From Candidatus Omnitrophota bacterium (GTDB taxonomy: Bacteria > Omnitrophota > Gorgyraeia > Zapsychrales > Zapsychraceae), in NCBI GenBank assembly GCA_020632495.1, contig JACKFL010000006.1, forward strand, positions 780,032-844,031: a stretch of 64,000 bases of DNA, in the 5' to 3' direction. Positions 36,907 through 46,004 of the stretch are shown here, one piece after another. The notes under the pieces are model-generated. The model had not been told where the DNA came from. It made no database searches and was given only the letters and a program-made list of their open reading frames with translations. How positions within the stretch are numbered: the stretch's first letter is position 1; each line of letters begins with the position of its first letter. Both the position numbers and the translations under genes were made by a program.

Positions 36907-38760
36907 TCACGGCGACGCCTCCCGGCCGAGAAACTCGTCCACCGCCACCTCCACCACGGCAAAATCCCACCCGTTGGCCGCGATTTCGGTCTTGATTTCA
37001 GCAGCCGGCCGCCCCTGAAATCGGGCCGCCTGCGCCTGCAGATAGGCGGTCAGGACCGTCACATTGAAGGTCTGCTGTTTGTTCAGATGCCAGCGCAGCG
37101 GGCGTTCCTCCACCCGGCGGTTGAGGATAAACGCGATCACGGCGAACAGCAGCGGCAGGCTGAGCGCAAACAGGGCTCCGGCCAGATAAACAATATGCGC
37201 CGATCCGAACAGGTATCCGGTGGAATGCCAGAAGACGTTAAAGACATAGTGGCTGACGATGGTGCATATCAATCCGAAGCGCAGATAGATAAAGGCCATG
37301 AAAAATCCGAGAATCGAGACTTCGACAGCCCGGTACCACATCGGATAAATCGGATAGGTCGTGTGGGCGAATCCCCACAACAGCGATGAGATCACCACGG
37401 CGGCCGCCGTATTTCTGAAGAACTTCTTCCCCACGTTGATGCCGAACAGCCGGTAGAGGACTTCCTCCGACACGCTGGCGTTCAATCCGAGGGTGATCGC
37501 CGCGAGAGAAGGAAAATAGGACGTGCTCAGCGAGGTCATCCAGGAATACTCCACCCACACACTGAAGAAACGCTCCCCTGTTTCGAGCAGCAACGCCTGG
37601 CAACCCAGCAGTACCAGAAAGACCAAATATCCGGCAAGCACGGATTGGGCGACCTCACGCGAAAAAAACGTGGTGTGGATGTATTTCAGGAGGCTTCCCT
37701 CCCGCTGGGACCGGGCCATCTCAAAGTGCAGGAGTTCTCCCGACAAGCCCGGCATCAGCACATAAAAGGCGGCCATCACGGTTCCGACCAGCGCATTGGT
37801 CAGGAAGCGGATAACATAGGAATTCATCGACGACGTGGTCTGGTATTGGGTGATAATCGATTCGAACGCATTGAAGAAACCGAGCATGTTCAAGGCAAAC
37901 AGGACTGCGGCGATTTTGATGTACATCCATTTGGTCGTATGCATGGCCAGATGATTTTTGCGGGCCACCACAAAGTACACGGCGGATATAAAGAAGATCA
38001 TATGAAAAATCCGGGTGACGGTATTGATATTTTGTGAGACGACCTGCTTGCTTTGCATATCGCGCTGGTAATCCTCGGGGATCTTGAAATGATGATGGGC
38101 ATAGGAAAGGATTTGATCCCCGGAACTGGTAATATTGGACAGCAGTTTTCCGGTGCCGCCGTCTTCCTTCCACGGGATGCTGACCTCGTCATGGCGCCAG
38201 GCAAAGGTGTGATCGCGGCGAAAATCGTAGATCGTTGAAAGGTCGCCCACCAGGGTATAATTCTCGACCTGAAATCCGAACCGTTCGCGCAGAAAATCCC
38301 TGGATCGCTCACGGGCATCGTCCTTGGGGATTTCCTCGATTTTCTCGGTTTCCTCGATGAGGTGCTGGTAGAAAATGACCTTGCCTGTCCGTGAGGATAC
38401 CAGCACTTTGTACTGTTCCTTCTGCCCCTCCCGGAAAAAACGTACCGACCAGTAGAAGAGATCGACGTCATACTTCCGCAGGAACTCCTTCATCTTCTTG
38501 GTGCCGATCGATCTTTTGAGGTAACCGCTGGTCTGTGTGTCGCGCTGAAATACAATCGCGTGCCGGTATGTGCCGAGTTGCGGTTCATTGGCGGCGACAT
38601 AGCGGGTGGCGATGTCCAGCGCCTGCTGGCGGTTGACCGACAGATCGATATATGTCAGTTCAGGTAGCCGCAACACGCCCCACAGGAGGGCGCCGGCCAA
38701 CGCAAGGGCGGCGAATATTAACCAGGGAAATGAATCAATGGCGGGGCGGCGGTCGGTCAT
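36907..38760 (-). CDS. Large CPBP-family (CAAX/Abi) intramembrane metalloprotease with extended N-terminal extracytoplasmic region
   Basis: 617 aa. CPBP motifs NASVSEEVLYRLF (EExxxR), WGFAHTTYP (FxxxH), IVSHYVFNVFW (HxxxN). About 250-aa N-terminal soluble region after one TM. Confidence 0.75.
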   Translation of the reverse strand: MTDRRPAIDSFPWLIFAALALAGALLWGVLRLPELTYIDLSVNRQQALDIATRYVAANEPQLGTYRHAIVFQRDTQTSGYLKRSIGTKKMKEFLRKYDVDLFYWSVRFFREGQKEQYKVLVSSRTGKVIFYQHLIEETEKIEEIPKDDARERSRDFLRERFGFQVENYTLVGDLSTIYDFRRDHTFAWRHDEVSIPWKEDGGTGKLLSNITSSGDQILSYAHHHFKIPEDYQRDMQSKQVVSQNINTVTRIFHMIFFISAVYFVVARKNHLAMHTTKWMYIKIAAVLFALNMLGFFNAFESIITQYQTTSSMNSYVIRFLTNALVGTVMAAFYVLMPGLSGELLHFEMARSQREGSLLKYIHTTFFSREVAQSVLAGYLVFLVLLGCQALLLETGERFFSVWVEYSWMTSLSTSYFPSLAAITLGLNASVSEEVLYRLFGINVGKKFFRNTAAAVVISSLLWGFAHTTYPIYPMWYRAVEVSILGFFMAFIYLRFGLICTIVSHYVFNVFWHSTGYLFGSAHIVYLAGALFALSLPLLFAVIAFILNRRVEERPLRWHLNKQQTFNVTVLTAYLQAQAARFQGRPAAEIKTEIAANGWDFAVVEVAVDEFLGREASP

Positions 38761-38766
38761 AAGTGG

Positions 38767-39447
38767 TTACAATAGCCCCAATACCTCGGTGGGGAGATTG
38801 TCGAGCTCCTGGTTGCCCAGCACCTTGATCGACCAGCGCAGCAACTTCAGTTTTTGTGTCAAGCGCATGTCCGGTTCGACCACCTGGGTCAGCCGTTTGC
38901 GTGACAGGAAGAGTACTTTGCGCAGCGTGTTGAAGAAGATCCGGGCTTCACGCGCCCGGTTGTCCCCTTTCTCGACGATGTTTTCCAGCGCTTTATAGGC
39001 CATATCATTGACCGTGGGATTGTAGTGATCGAGTTTCTGGATCAGTGCCGGCACCATTGATTTCAGGTACTTGATGCGGTCGAGCAGACACAGCGTGTGC
39101 ATGATTTCGACCTGCACAAACGGCGAATCCGTCCGTTTCAGGCGGCGCAGCAGGATCTTTTCTATATTCTTCTTTTCTTTGGAGACGACTTCATCCGCAA
39201 AGTTTTCCCGGAATACCCGCAGCGAGGCGGCCCGCTGGTAATCATTGGGCAACGCGTCGTCGTCTATCATCGCCATCAAGATTTCTTTAGAGTATTTGGC
39301 GTATTGCTGCGCTCCGCGGTCGAGGAGTTTGCGGTCGTCGAACATCATCAACCCGTTAGGCCCTTCCGGGGTCGGTTGCTGGGCGGTTGCCGGTGAGACC
39401 AATAACATCACGGTCAGGGTCAAATAGAAGGCTTTATTTCGGATCAT
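38767..39447 (-). CDS. Secreted all-helical (HEAT/armadillo-like) protein, unknown function
   Basis: Signal peptide MIRNKAFYLTLTVMLLVSPATAQQ. Repeated helical segments (LLRRLKRTDSPFVQVEIMHTLCLL, VPALIQKLDHYNPTVNDMAYKALENI). Confidence 0.5.
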   Translation of the reverse strand: MIRNKAFYLTLTVMLLVSPATAQQPTPEGPNGLMMFDDRKLLDRGAQQYAKYSKEILMAMIDDDALPNDYQRAASLRVFRENFADEVVSKEKKNIEKILLRRLKRTDSPFVQVEIMHTLCLLDRIKYLKSMVPALIQKLDHYNPTVNDMAYKALENIVEKGDNRAREARIFFNTLRKVLFLSRKRLTQVVEPDMRLTQKLKLLRWSIKVLGNQELDNLPTEVLGLL

Positions 39448-40300
39448 AATCCAACTCCAGGGAAACGTCCACGGCCGGTGCCGAATGGGTCAGGGCGCCC
39501 AGCGAAATCCGGTCCACACCGGCCTGAGCATAGTGGGCCACGTTGCGCAGGGTAATGCCGCCCGAGGCCTCCAATTGGATCGACTTGTTCAGCCGGTTAC
39601 GAATGGCCACGGCCTGGCCGACCATGGCCGGACGCATGTTGTCCAGCAATATGATATCCGGCGCGGCAAGCAATGCCGCGGCCAGTTCTTCCAGATCATC
39701 GACTTCCGCCACAATCCGGCGCCGGGACTTGGCCCGCACGATGCGGATAGCGCCGGCAATGTCGACCTCCGGCCGGCAGGCCGTCCGGTGATTATCTTTG
39801 ATCATCACCATCTCCTGCAGGTCAAAGCGGTGATTCTGACCGCCGCCGCAGCGAACGGCGTAGCGCTCCAGGTCCCGCAGTGTGGGGGTCGTTTTACGTG
39901 TGTCCAGGATCGCGCATCCTGTCCCGGATACGGCCTTCACAAATCGATGGGTGTGAGTGGCTATCCCGCCCAGGCGTCCGAAGAAATTCAATGCCGTCCG
40001 TTCCCCGCTCAGTACGGCACGCGTCTTGGCCCGAATCAGGGCCACAGCGCTGCCCTTTGCGGCTTCTTCCCCGTCCTTGACCAGCGTCTTGTACCGGGCT
40101 CCGGGGTCCAATTTGCGAAAAATCTCGCGAGCCAGCCGATGCCCGCAAACGGTTCCCTCCTGCCGGTAAATGATCCGGGCCGAGGCGAATTGACGGGCGG
40201 GAATCAGGGACAGAGTGGTGATGTCCTGAGCGGCCCGGTCCTCACGCAGGGCCTGCCGCACAAGGCTGTGGATGGCTGCTGTGTTCATGCGATTTGACAA
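39434..40300 (-). CDS. nadC: Nicotinate-nucleotide pyrophosphorylase (carboxylating)
   Basis: ALREDRAAQDITT..., ERTALNFFGRLGGIAT, ILDTRKTTPTLR, MIKDNH, ILLDNM, LEASGGITL. Confidence 0.9.
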   Translation of the reverse strand: MSNRMNTAAIHSLVRQALREDRAAQDITTLSLIPARQFASARIIYRQEGTVCGHRLAREIFRKLDPGARYKTLVKDGEEAAKGSAVALIRAKTRAVLSGERTALNFFGRLGGIATHTHRFVKAVSGTGCAILDTRKTTPTLRDLERYAVRCGGGQNHRFDLQEMVMIKDNHRTACRPEVDIAGAIRIVRAKSRRRIVAEVDDLEELAAALLAAPDIILLDNMRPAMVGQAVAIRNRLNKSIQLEASGGITLRNVAHYAQAGVDRISLGALTHSAPAVDVSLELDYDPK

Positions 40301-40405
40301 TTCTCCGTTATTATAGAGGCAGGTATGGGGACTTTCAAGGATAAGCTCAGAGGAAACACGCGGGGAAATCTTCGGTTTTCTCGGCGGCAGATCCGGAACG
40401 CCTTG

Positions 40406-41002
40406 CTATTGTTGAGGTTCTGCCGGGACTTCTGCGGGGGCTTCGGCGTCGAAGGCGGATTCGTCCTCGACGACCGGCGGCTCTTCCATAGCAGCGGTTT
40501 CGGGGGCGCCTTCTTCGGTGATCATCTCCATGGAATTGTCGATCAGGGCCGTCCCCTCCTGGGTGGTTTCTCCGGAGGCGGCACCTTCGGGAAGCGTGCC
40601 TTCTCCCATGTCTCCTTCGGCGACTACTCCCTCCAGATCAAACCCCTCGTTGGGATCCCACAAGAGTTCCAGGGCCTCCATGGGAAACGGGCCTTTGGAG
40701 AGCCGATTAATGAATTTGGTGTTACCCTTCGGCATCCATTCAAATTCCAGTTCATCGCCGGGCTTCAAATCGTTAATCTTCTCAATATTAAAGACTTCTA
40801 TACTTCGGGAGCTATACTGGTACATAACGTCATCAATTTCATGGGTATCCCAATTATACTCGGAAACCTGCATGCGCTGGCCCTTTAAATCGATTTTCTT
40901 TAGCGTTCCAAAGCCTTGGGTGTCCTTGGCCGAGCTGGGGGACGGAAACAGCAGCAAGAGGGATACCGCAGCCGCGGTGATGATGGAATGAGACTTCGAC
41001 AT
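40406..41002 (-). CDS. Secreted protein with acidic C-terminal tail, unknown function
   Basis: Signal peptide MSKSHSIITAAAVSLLLLFPSPSSA. C-terminal half rich in E/G/A/P. Confidence 0.45.
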   Translation of the reverse strand: MSKSHSIITAAAVSLLLLFPSPSSAKDTQGFGTLKKIDLKGQRMQVSEYNWDTHEIDDVMYQYSSRSIEVFNIEKINDLKPGDELEFEWMPKGNTKFINRLSKGPFPMEALELLWDPNEGFDLEGVVAEGDMGEGTLPEGAASGETTQEGTALIDNSMEMITEEGAPETAAMEEPPVVEDESAFDAEAPAEVPAEPQQ

Positions 41003-41106
41003 GAACGTACCTCCGTAAAAGATAATAGTGGGGGAACAGATCCCTCACAAATTTAACACACGACGACGGACTTTGGCAAGCGTTCCCTTGAACCGGAGGC
41101 GGCCCC

Positions 41107-41415
41107 TTAGTTCGGGGCCGGCCCTGCCGCTAAGTACGTTTGGACCAGATCTTCCCACTCCGCCTCCAGCCCGCCGTGATAAGGCGATTGACCGGCCCGG
41201 GAGTACCAGTAAGCCGCATTGGACCGGTCTCCCTCCTTGCGATGCAGATAGGCGTGAATCCGCGCCCCCTGCGGTCCGGATATATCCTGGGCGATGCGGT
41301 GTGCTTGTTCCCAGTCATTCTTGGCGTCCCACCATAAGGCTGCCAGAAGTTCGGAACATCCGGCCGGTGGTGACGCGCCGGCCAGGGATTCTTTGAATCC
41401 GGTCAAATCCATCAA
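41107..41415 (-). CDS. Conserved-looking small hypothetical protein (102 aa)
   Basis: LLAALWWDAKNDWEQAHRIAQDISGPQGARIHAYLHRKEGDRSNAAYWYSRAG. 4-nt overlap with the upstream gene. Confidence 0.5.
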   Translation of the reverse strand: MMDLTGFKESLAGASPPAGCSELLAALWWDAKNDWEQAHRIAQDISGPQGARIHAYLHRKEGDRSNAAYWYSRAGQSPYHGGLEAEWEDLVQTYLAAGPAPN

Positions 41416-41672
41416 CCAATCGTCCCTTCGTATTCCGGGAAATAGCGCTGGATGACTGGCAGTTCAAAGCGGCCCAGGATCATGGTATTGCTTTCCCGGT
41501 CCAGCAGAAACGCAAACGATTTTATTAGCAGCTCTTCTTTGGAGAGCCGGCCTTCGGTCAGCCTCTGGTGATAGGCGTCCGTCACCGTCACGATATGCCG
41601 TGTCGTGGTGCCTTCACGTACGGTCACTTCAAAATCATCTTTGTTGAGGTGCGTGACGGAAACGTTGCTCAT
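41412..41672 (-). CDS. Small hypothetical protein (86 aa)
   Basis: MSNVSVTHLNKDDFEVTVREGTTTRHIVTVTDAYHQRL...SFAFLLDRESNTMILGRFELPVIQRYFPEY. Overlaps the next gene by 4 nt. Confidence 0.5.
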   Translation of the reverse strand: MSNVSVTHLNKDDFEVTVREGTTTRHIVTVTDAYHQRLTEGRLSKEELLIKSFAFLLDRESNTMILGRFELPVIQRYFPEYEGTIG

Positions 41673-41678
41673 GGAATT

Positions 41679-42257
41679 TTACAAAAACGGGAAGTATACA
41701 AAGATCTTATTGATCGCCGCAGAAAGCTTCGGATGCTCTACGCCCACCCGGGTACCGAGCAGTTTGGAAACCACCAGAAAATCACGGAATCCGGTGGACA
41801 GATTTTTCTTGTGAAGAAGGATATCTTCCAGCTGATGCAGCGACTCCTTCGCCAGATCCGACGCCGTCTCCGAGGAGACAAAGTCCTCCAAATAACCGAT
41901 AATCTTTTCAAATTCGTTCTGGTCCAGCCAAATGCCGTGGCAGATCGCGCATTTGTCGATGATGATATCGGAGTCGCTGTAGGGCAGGGAATGCATTTCG
42001 GTTTGACATTGCGGGCACAGGGTGCCATCCGGAGTGTCGTCGGTCTGCGGGACCTGCTGGTCGAAGGGGTCGAAATTGATCCAGCCGAGATCTTCATCGG
42101 TGTGGTCCTTGGCCTTTTTCAGTTCCCCGCGGTCAAACCAGCGGCCGTGACAGGTGGGGCATTCACCGATAATAACGCCCTTAAAGTCGACCTGCTTGAG
42201 TTCGCTGTGGCATTGGGGGCAATCCATCACATTCACTCCCGCGTTATGGTTTGGCAT
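41679..42257 (-). CDS. Double zinc-ribbon protein (zf-TFIIB-like CPxC...CxxCxGxWxD modules)
   Basis: CPQCHSELKQVDFKGVIIGECPTCHGRWFDRGEL and CPQCQTEMHSLPYSDSDIIIDKCAICHGIWLDQNEF. Confidence 0.65.
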   Translation of the reverse strand: MPNHNAGVNVMDCPQCHSELKQVDFKGVIIGECPTCHGRWFDRGELKKAKDHTDEDLGWINFDPFDQQVPQTDDTPDGTLCPQCQTEMHSLPYSDSDIIIDKCAICHGIWLDQNEFEKIIGYLEDFVSSETASDLAKESLHQLEDILLHKKNLSTGFRDFLVVSKLLGTRVGVEHPKLSAAINKIFVYFPFL

Positions 42258-42868
42258 TGCCGCGCATTCGGCGCGCGAAAATTAACGGTGTCCCTATTTT
42301 CGGCGACAAACTCGACACTGTCAATAATTTCCTCGAATAAGGGGCGGTAATCCTCAAATTGAACCACCCGGGACACGGTAAACTGCACCGAGTAAATCCC
42401 TTCCCAGTCGGCCAGATAGTAGTCAAAGGCCCGGCCACCAGGCGTACCGTTCACATAACCCTTGGTCTGAACCAGTTTGCGGCCGCATTCATGACGTTGC
42501 GAGATGTCAAACCATCCCTGGTAACGGTCCAAGGCGCGCAATTCCGCCCAGCCAAAGCGAATGCCCGCCGGCCGCTTGTGCCGGCGGTAGGCCAGCTGGA
42601 GTTCCACGGGCGGATCCGCAGAGATACGCAACCGGACGGTCTGCTCCTCCACCCGCGCCGTCCAATCGGGCGCGCAGCCGAGGCGCAGTCCGGTCCCGGC
42701 GTCCCAGCAAGTGGACGGCAGGGTCTGTGCGTCCGGACCGGTGCGCGGGCTGACGCTGAAGACCTCCGTCACCGGACGGAAGCCGTCGGCGTATGCCGTC
42801 GTGATCCCCGGATAAAAAATCACAACGGCCAGCCACGCGGCCATTATTTTATTGCGCGAAAAATACAT
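42233..42868 (-). CDS. Secreted hypothetical protein
   Basis: Start taken at MYFSRNKIMAAWLAVVIFYPGITTAYA (signal peptide). The longer ORF start overlaps the DUF445-like gene. Confidence 0.45.
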   Translation of the reverse strand: MYFSRNKIMAAWLAVVIFYPGITTAYADGFRPVTEVFSVSPRTGPDAQTLPSTCWDAGTGLRLGCAPDWTARVEEQTVRLRISADPPVELQLAYRRHKRPAGIRFGWAELRALDRYQGWFDISQRHECGRKLVQTKGYVNGTPGGRAFDYYLADWEGIYSVQFTVSRVVQFEDYRPLFEEIIDSVEFVAENRDTVNFRAPNARQCQTITRE

Positions 42869-42903
42869 GGTGAGTCTTGCGGCGGCGCCCCCCCTGGCCG
42901 CCT

Positions 42904-43617
42904 TTAGACGAAAAAGCTCATCGCCAGTCCGATTACCCCTCCGAACACCCCGCCCCATACTACCAGCCAGCCGAGATGATCGCGGATCATCCGCTGGATG
43001 ATTTCCTTGACCATATCGGGCGTCAGTTCATCCAGACGCTGGTCGACGATTTCCTCGATTTTATCGAGGACCTCACGGCTGACGTGGCTGGGCAGTATAT
43101 TATCCTCCAGCGCGGCCAGGAAGCGCGGGCTGCGCGCGGTGTCCGTCAGCAGGATTTCCATCTTTTTCTTGAAGGCCGGACGCAGCGGTTCAAAAACGTG
43201 CGACGCCTTCATGACGCTCAAAACGTTGCCCAGCGTGGAGTTCATCATCAATTCCACCAGCCGGTCATACATCTTGTCCAGATCGACCGCCGCGATCAGC
43301 GGCTGGACGTTGATGCGGGCGGCGGCGGAATCCTGCTGTCCCTGGAAAAACTTATCCACGTTCTCATCAGTGAAGAATTCATCCATGATCAGCTGTTTGA
43401 TGCCGCCCTTGAATTCTTCAAACCGGTTGGGGATGACCCCGGACCCGTAGAGTAACGGGACCTTTTCAAACAGCATGTACACGGCCAGCCAATTGGTTAA
43501 GGCGCCGGACAGGGCGAAAAAACCGACCGACTGAAGTTGCCGCTGATAGGCGGGCGTGTAATATCCCGCCGCTATAATCAGCCCGGCCGAGATATTGGTC
43601 ACCAGGCTTTTGTTCAT
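42904..43617 (-). CDS. DUF445-like membrane protein
   Basis: TM helices at both ends around a soluble helical core (NWLAVYMLFEKVPLLYGSGVIPNRFEEFK...MVKEIIQRMIRDHLGWLVVWGGVFGGVIGL). Confidence 0.6.
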   Translation of the reverse strand: MNKSLVTNISAGLIIAAGYYTPAYQRQLQSVGFFALSGALTNWLAVYMLFEKVPLLYGSGVIPNRFEEFKGGIKQLIMDEFFTDENVDKFFQGQQDSAAARINVQPLIAAVDLDKMYDRLVELMMNSTLGNVLSVMKASHVFEPLRPAFKKKMEILLTDTARSPRFLAALEDNILPSHVSREVLDKIEEIVDQRLDELTPDMVKEIIQRMIRDHLGWLVVWGGVFGGVIGLAMSFFV

Positions 43618-43898
43618 TAGTCTTCGCGGCTGGTAATTTCCACCAGGTGGTAACCGAATTGCGTTTTCACCGGACCGTGGACTTTACCGACTTCTTCGTT
43701 AAATACCACCGTATCGAATTCCGGTACCATTTGGCCCGGCTGGAATTCTCCCAACGCTCCCCCGTGCTTGCTTGACGGACATTGCGAGTGTTCCTGGGCT
43801 ACCTCTGCAAAATCCTTACCGCCCTCAATTTCCTGTTTGAGTTTAAGGCATTTTTCTTCGGAATTGACGAGGATGTGACGTGCGCTTGCTTTGGCCAT
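43617..43898 (-). CDS. Parvulin-type peptidyl-prolyl isomerase (PpiC-like)
   Basis: Start at MAKASARHILV...CLKLKQEIEGGKDFAEVAQEHSQCPSSKHGGALGEFQPGQMVPEFD...GPVKTQFGYHLVEI. The upstream extension of ORF 43617..44156 is Arg/Pro-rich and overlaps the next gene. Confidence 0.85.
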   Translation of the reverse strand: MAKASARHILVNSEEKCLKLKQEIEGGKDFAEVAQEHSQCPSSKHGGALGEFQPGQMVPEFDTVVFNEEVGKVHGPVKTQFGYHLVEITSRED

Positions 43899-44019
43899 GT
43901 GGATTCCCTTCTTTTGGTTGTTATTCACGGATTGTAAAATGCGGTGATGTGTTGAACGGGCTGGTCGTGGTTGCCCCGGGCCGGTTCCCGTCCGACGTCG
44001 GCGGACGCGGGGACCTGCG

Positions 44020-44454
44020 TTAAAGGTATTTGGCTTCTTTTCGTGTAACGGGCGTTTTGCCCAGTGTTTTGAGGGCTTCTTTGAGGATTTGGTCCCGGAT
44101 GTCGCGATCCGGGTCTCGCATAAAGAAATACAATCCTGTGCCGATGACACCGGCAATCAATAGAATCTGCACGTACATTTCAACATTGATGACCCATATC
44201 AGGATCAGCAATACACCGTAAAAAATCGAAAGCCCGATGTATTCCTTCCGGCGCCGGTTGGACACGCATCGGTCGCATATATATTCGCTTTGTTTGCCCA
44301 AGACCTGGTAGCGGGCCTTCCCGAGGGCCTCATTCAGGTCACGTTCGAAGGAATTTTCTTCGACTTCGACCAGAATGACCTCCCCCATTTTACTCTCGGG
44401 CGGTTCCAGAACTTTGTCTTTTCGGCAACCTTCGCAGCGGCGATCTTCTTCCAT
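44020..44454 (-). CDS. Zinc-ribbon (CxxC...CxxC) protein with two C-terminal TM helices
   Basis: RRCEGCRKD...YICDRCVS, followed by IGLSIFYGVLLILIWVI and ILLIAGVIGTGLYFF. Confidence 0.45.
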   Translation of the reverse strand: MEEDRRCEGCRKDKVLEPPESKMGEVILVEVEENSFERDLNEALGKARYQVLGKQSEYICDRCVSNRRRKEYIGLSIFYGVLLILIWVINVEMYVQILLIAGVIGTGLYFFMRDPDRDIRDQILKEALKTLGKTPVTRKEAKYL

Positions 44455-44551
44455 AGATATTTCCCTGTAAAATTTCTCCTATTTTATCAGAACCCGTCCG
44501 AATCCCAAATGATAATTCTGGATTCCCGTCCGCGGGCGGAAAACCGGCCGG

Positions 44552-45409
44552 TTACGCGGGGTCCTGCGGCTGACCCAGGGCTTCGCCGCAAAATCGGCAA
44601 AACAACGAATCCACGGCATGACCCTCCTTGGTGCACGCCGGGCATACCCGTGAGGTTTCGCGCCGGTGGATCGTCCGGTGCAGTTCCACCGAGAAGATCC
44701 CGGTCGGGACCACGATAATCGTGTAGCCGGTCATCATGATTAACGAAGCCATAAACTGCCCGAGGACCGTTTGCGGGGCGATGTCGCCGTACCCGACCGT
44801 GGTCATGGTGACGATCGCCCAGTACACGCTGCGCGGTATGCTGGTAAAACCGTTGTCTCCCCCCTCGATCAGGTACATCACGGTCCCGGAGATGACCACC
44901 AGCGTCAGGATGCACATTAAAAACACAGCCATTTTGTGCAGGGACGCGCGTAATGATTTGATCAGGATCGTGTATTCGTCCAGCAAATGGGCCAATTTAA
45001 GGACGCGAAAGACCCTCAACAGGCGCAGCGCGCGGATGACCAAGAGCGACGAGGCCCCGGGAAAGATGAACGTCCCCAAATAGGTCGGCAGGATGGCCAA
45101 AAGATCGATGATACCCAGAAAACTGCGTGCGTAGACAATCGGACGGCGCACACAGTACAGGCGCAGTCCGTACTCGACCGTAAACAGCACGGTGAATACC
45201 CATTCCAGGAAAATCAGCAGGCCGCCGTGGTTGCTGCGGATGCTTTCCACGCTTTCCAGGACAACGGCCAGGACGCTGACGATAATGGTCCACAGCAGGA
45301 TAATATCGAACAGACGGCCTTCCCTGTTTTCCGCCTCAAAGATGATGGCGAACATCCGCCGCCGCAACGGGTCCGGGTGTCCCTGGATATGCTGTTCGTT
45401 GTTTTTCAT
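44552..45409 (-). CDS. Voltage-gated K+ channel (6TM) with C-terminal zinc-ribbon
   Basis: S4 LRALRLLRVFRVLKLAHLL. Selectivity filter TMTTVGYGDI. C-terminus CPACTKEGHAVDSLFCRFCGE. Confidence 0.85.
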   Translation of the reverse strand: MKNNEQHIQGHPDPLRRRMFAIIFEAENREGRLFDIILLWTIIVSVLAVVLESVESIRSNHGGLLIFLEWVFTVLFTVEYGLRLYCVRRPIVYARSFLGIIDLLAILPTYLGTFIFPGASSLLVIRALRLLRVFRVLKLAHLLDEYTILIKSLRASLHKMAVFLMCILTLVVISGTVMYLIEGGDNGFTSIPRSVYWAIVTMTTVGYGDIAPQTVLGQFMASLIMMTGYTIIVVPTGIFSVELHRTIHRRETSRVCPACTKEGHAVDSLFCRFCGEALGQPQDPA

Positions 45410-45442
45410 AGCGAATGACTTTACTCCAAGCCGCCCGGTGTG

Positions 45443-45664
45443 TCATCCGAACATACGGGCCAACACGCCGATGACGCCGATCCAGATGATGAGATTGGCA
45501 GCGACATACACGGTGATCATCCAGGCCGGCAGGACCTTCTTTCCGATCAGAAAACGGATTTGACGGACCGGCAGGTTGCGCTTGCCCTGGAATATGTGGC
45601 CGTTAATCTCGGCGAAAAAGACCCCTGCCATGCCGAGGATAATCAGTAAGACAAATGTAAGCAT
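45443..45664 (-). CDS. Small two-TM membrane protein
   Basis: Start at MLTFVLLIILGMAGVFFAEINGH...WMITVYVAANLIIWIGVIGVLARMFG. Confidence 0.45.
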   Translation of the reverse strand: MLTFVLLIILGMAGVFFAEINGHIFQGKRNLPVRQIRFLIGKKVLPAWMITVYVAANLIIWIGVIGVLARMFG

Positions 45665-45687
45665 GGCACGGTCCGTGTTTGACGTGT

Positions 45688-46002
45688 TTATAGGTTGGAA
45701 TAAAAATTGACCGAGGTCACCCGGTCGCCGCTGAATAAGATATAAATATTGCGCCAACCGCGGTATTCCCAGCGGCTGCCCCCGCGCAGATACGGCTCTC
45801 CCCAGGAGGCCTCCACATCGTCTTTACTCATGCCGGGAATCACCCGGCCGCCGCGGATCGCCCGTTTGACCGGCGAATCGAGCTGCGGGTTTTGCCGGAC
45901 GTAGGCGGTCCGGACATCCTTGGCCGCGACATGCAGCGGTTTGGACGTCTGGCAGCCGGCGACACACAATGCGGCCAGCCCGATCAGTAATGGTCGGCGC
46001 AT
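45688..46002 (-). CDS. Small lipoprotein (BamE/SmpA-OmlA-like)
   Basis: MRRPLLIGLAALCVAGC lipobox. VIPGMSKDDVEASWGEPY...WEY pattern. Confidence 0.55.
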   Translation of the reverse strand: MRRPLLIGLAALCVAGCQTSKPLHVAAKDVRTAYVRQNPQLDSPVKRAIRGGRVIPGMSKDDVEASWGEPYLRGGSRWEYRGWRNIYILFSGDRVTSVNFYSNL

Positions 46003-46004
46003 GG

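Noticed and set aside
36792-36962. N-terminal extensions offered by the ORF track. Examples are 4680, 12263, 15287, 17038, 22549, 29318, 36962, 42958, 44156, 46832, 49038, 49477 and 53546 as starts.
   Set aside because: The extensions overlap the preceding gene or a promoter and are low complexity. Internal starts give proper signal peptides or family N-termini, often with an RBS or ATGA/TAATG coupling.
41107-41672. The overlapping 86-aa and 102-aa genes as a toxin-antitoxin pair.
   Set aside because: Neither sequence shows a recognisable toxin fold motif (PIN, RelE, MazF, HipA, Fic, GNAT) or an antitoxin DNA-binding motif. Overlap alone is common in this window.
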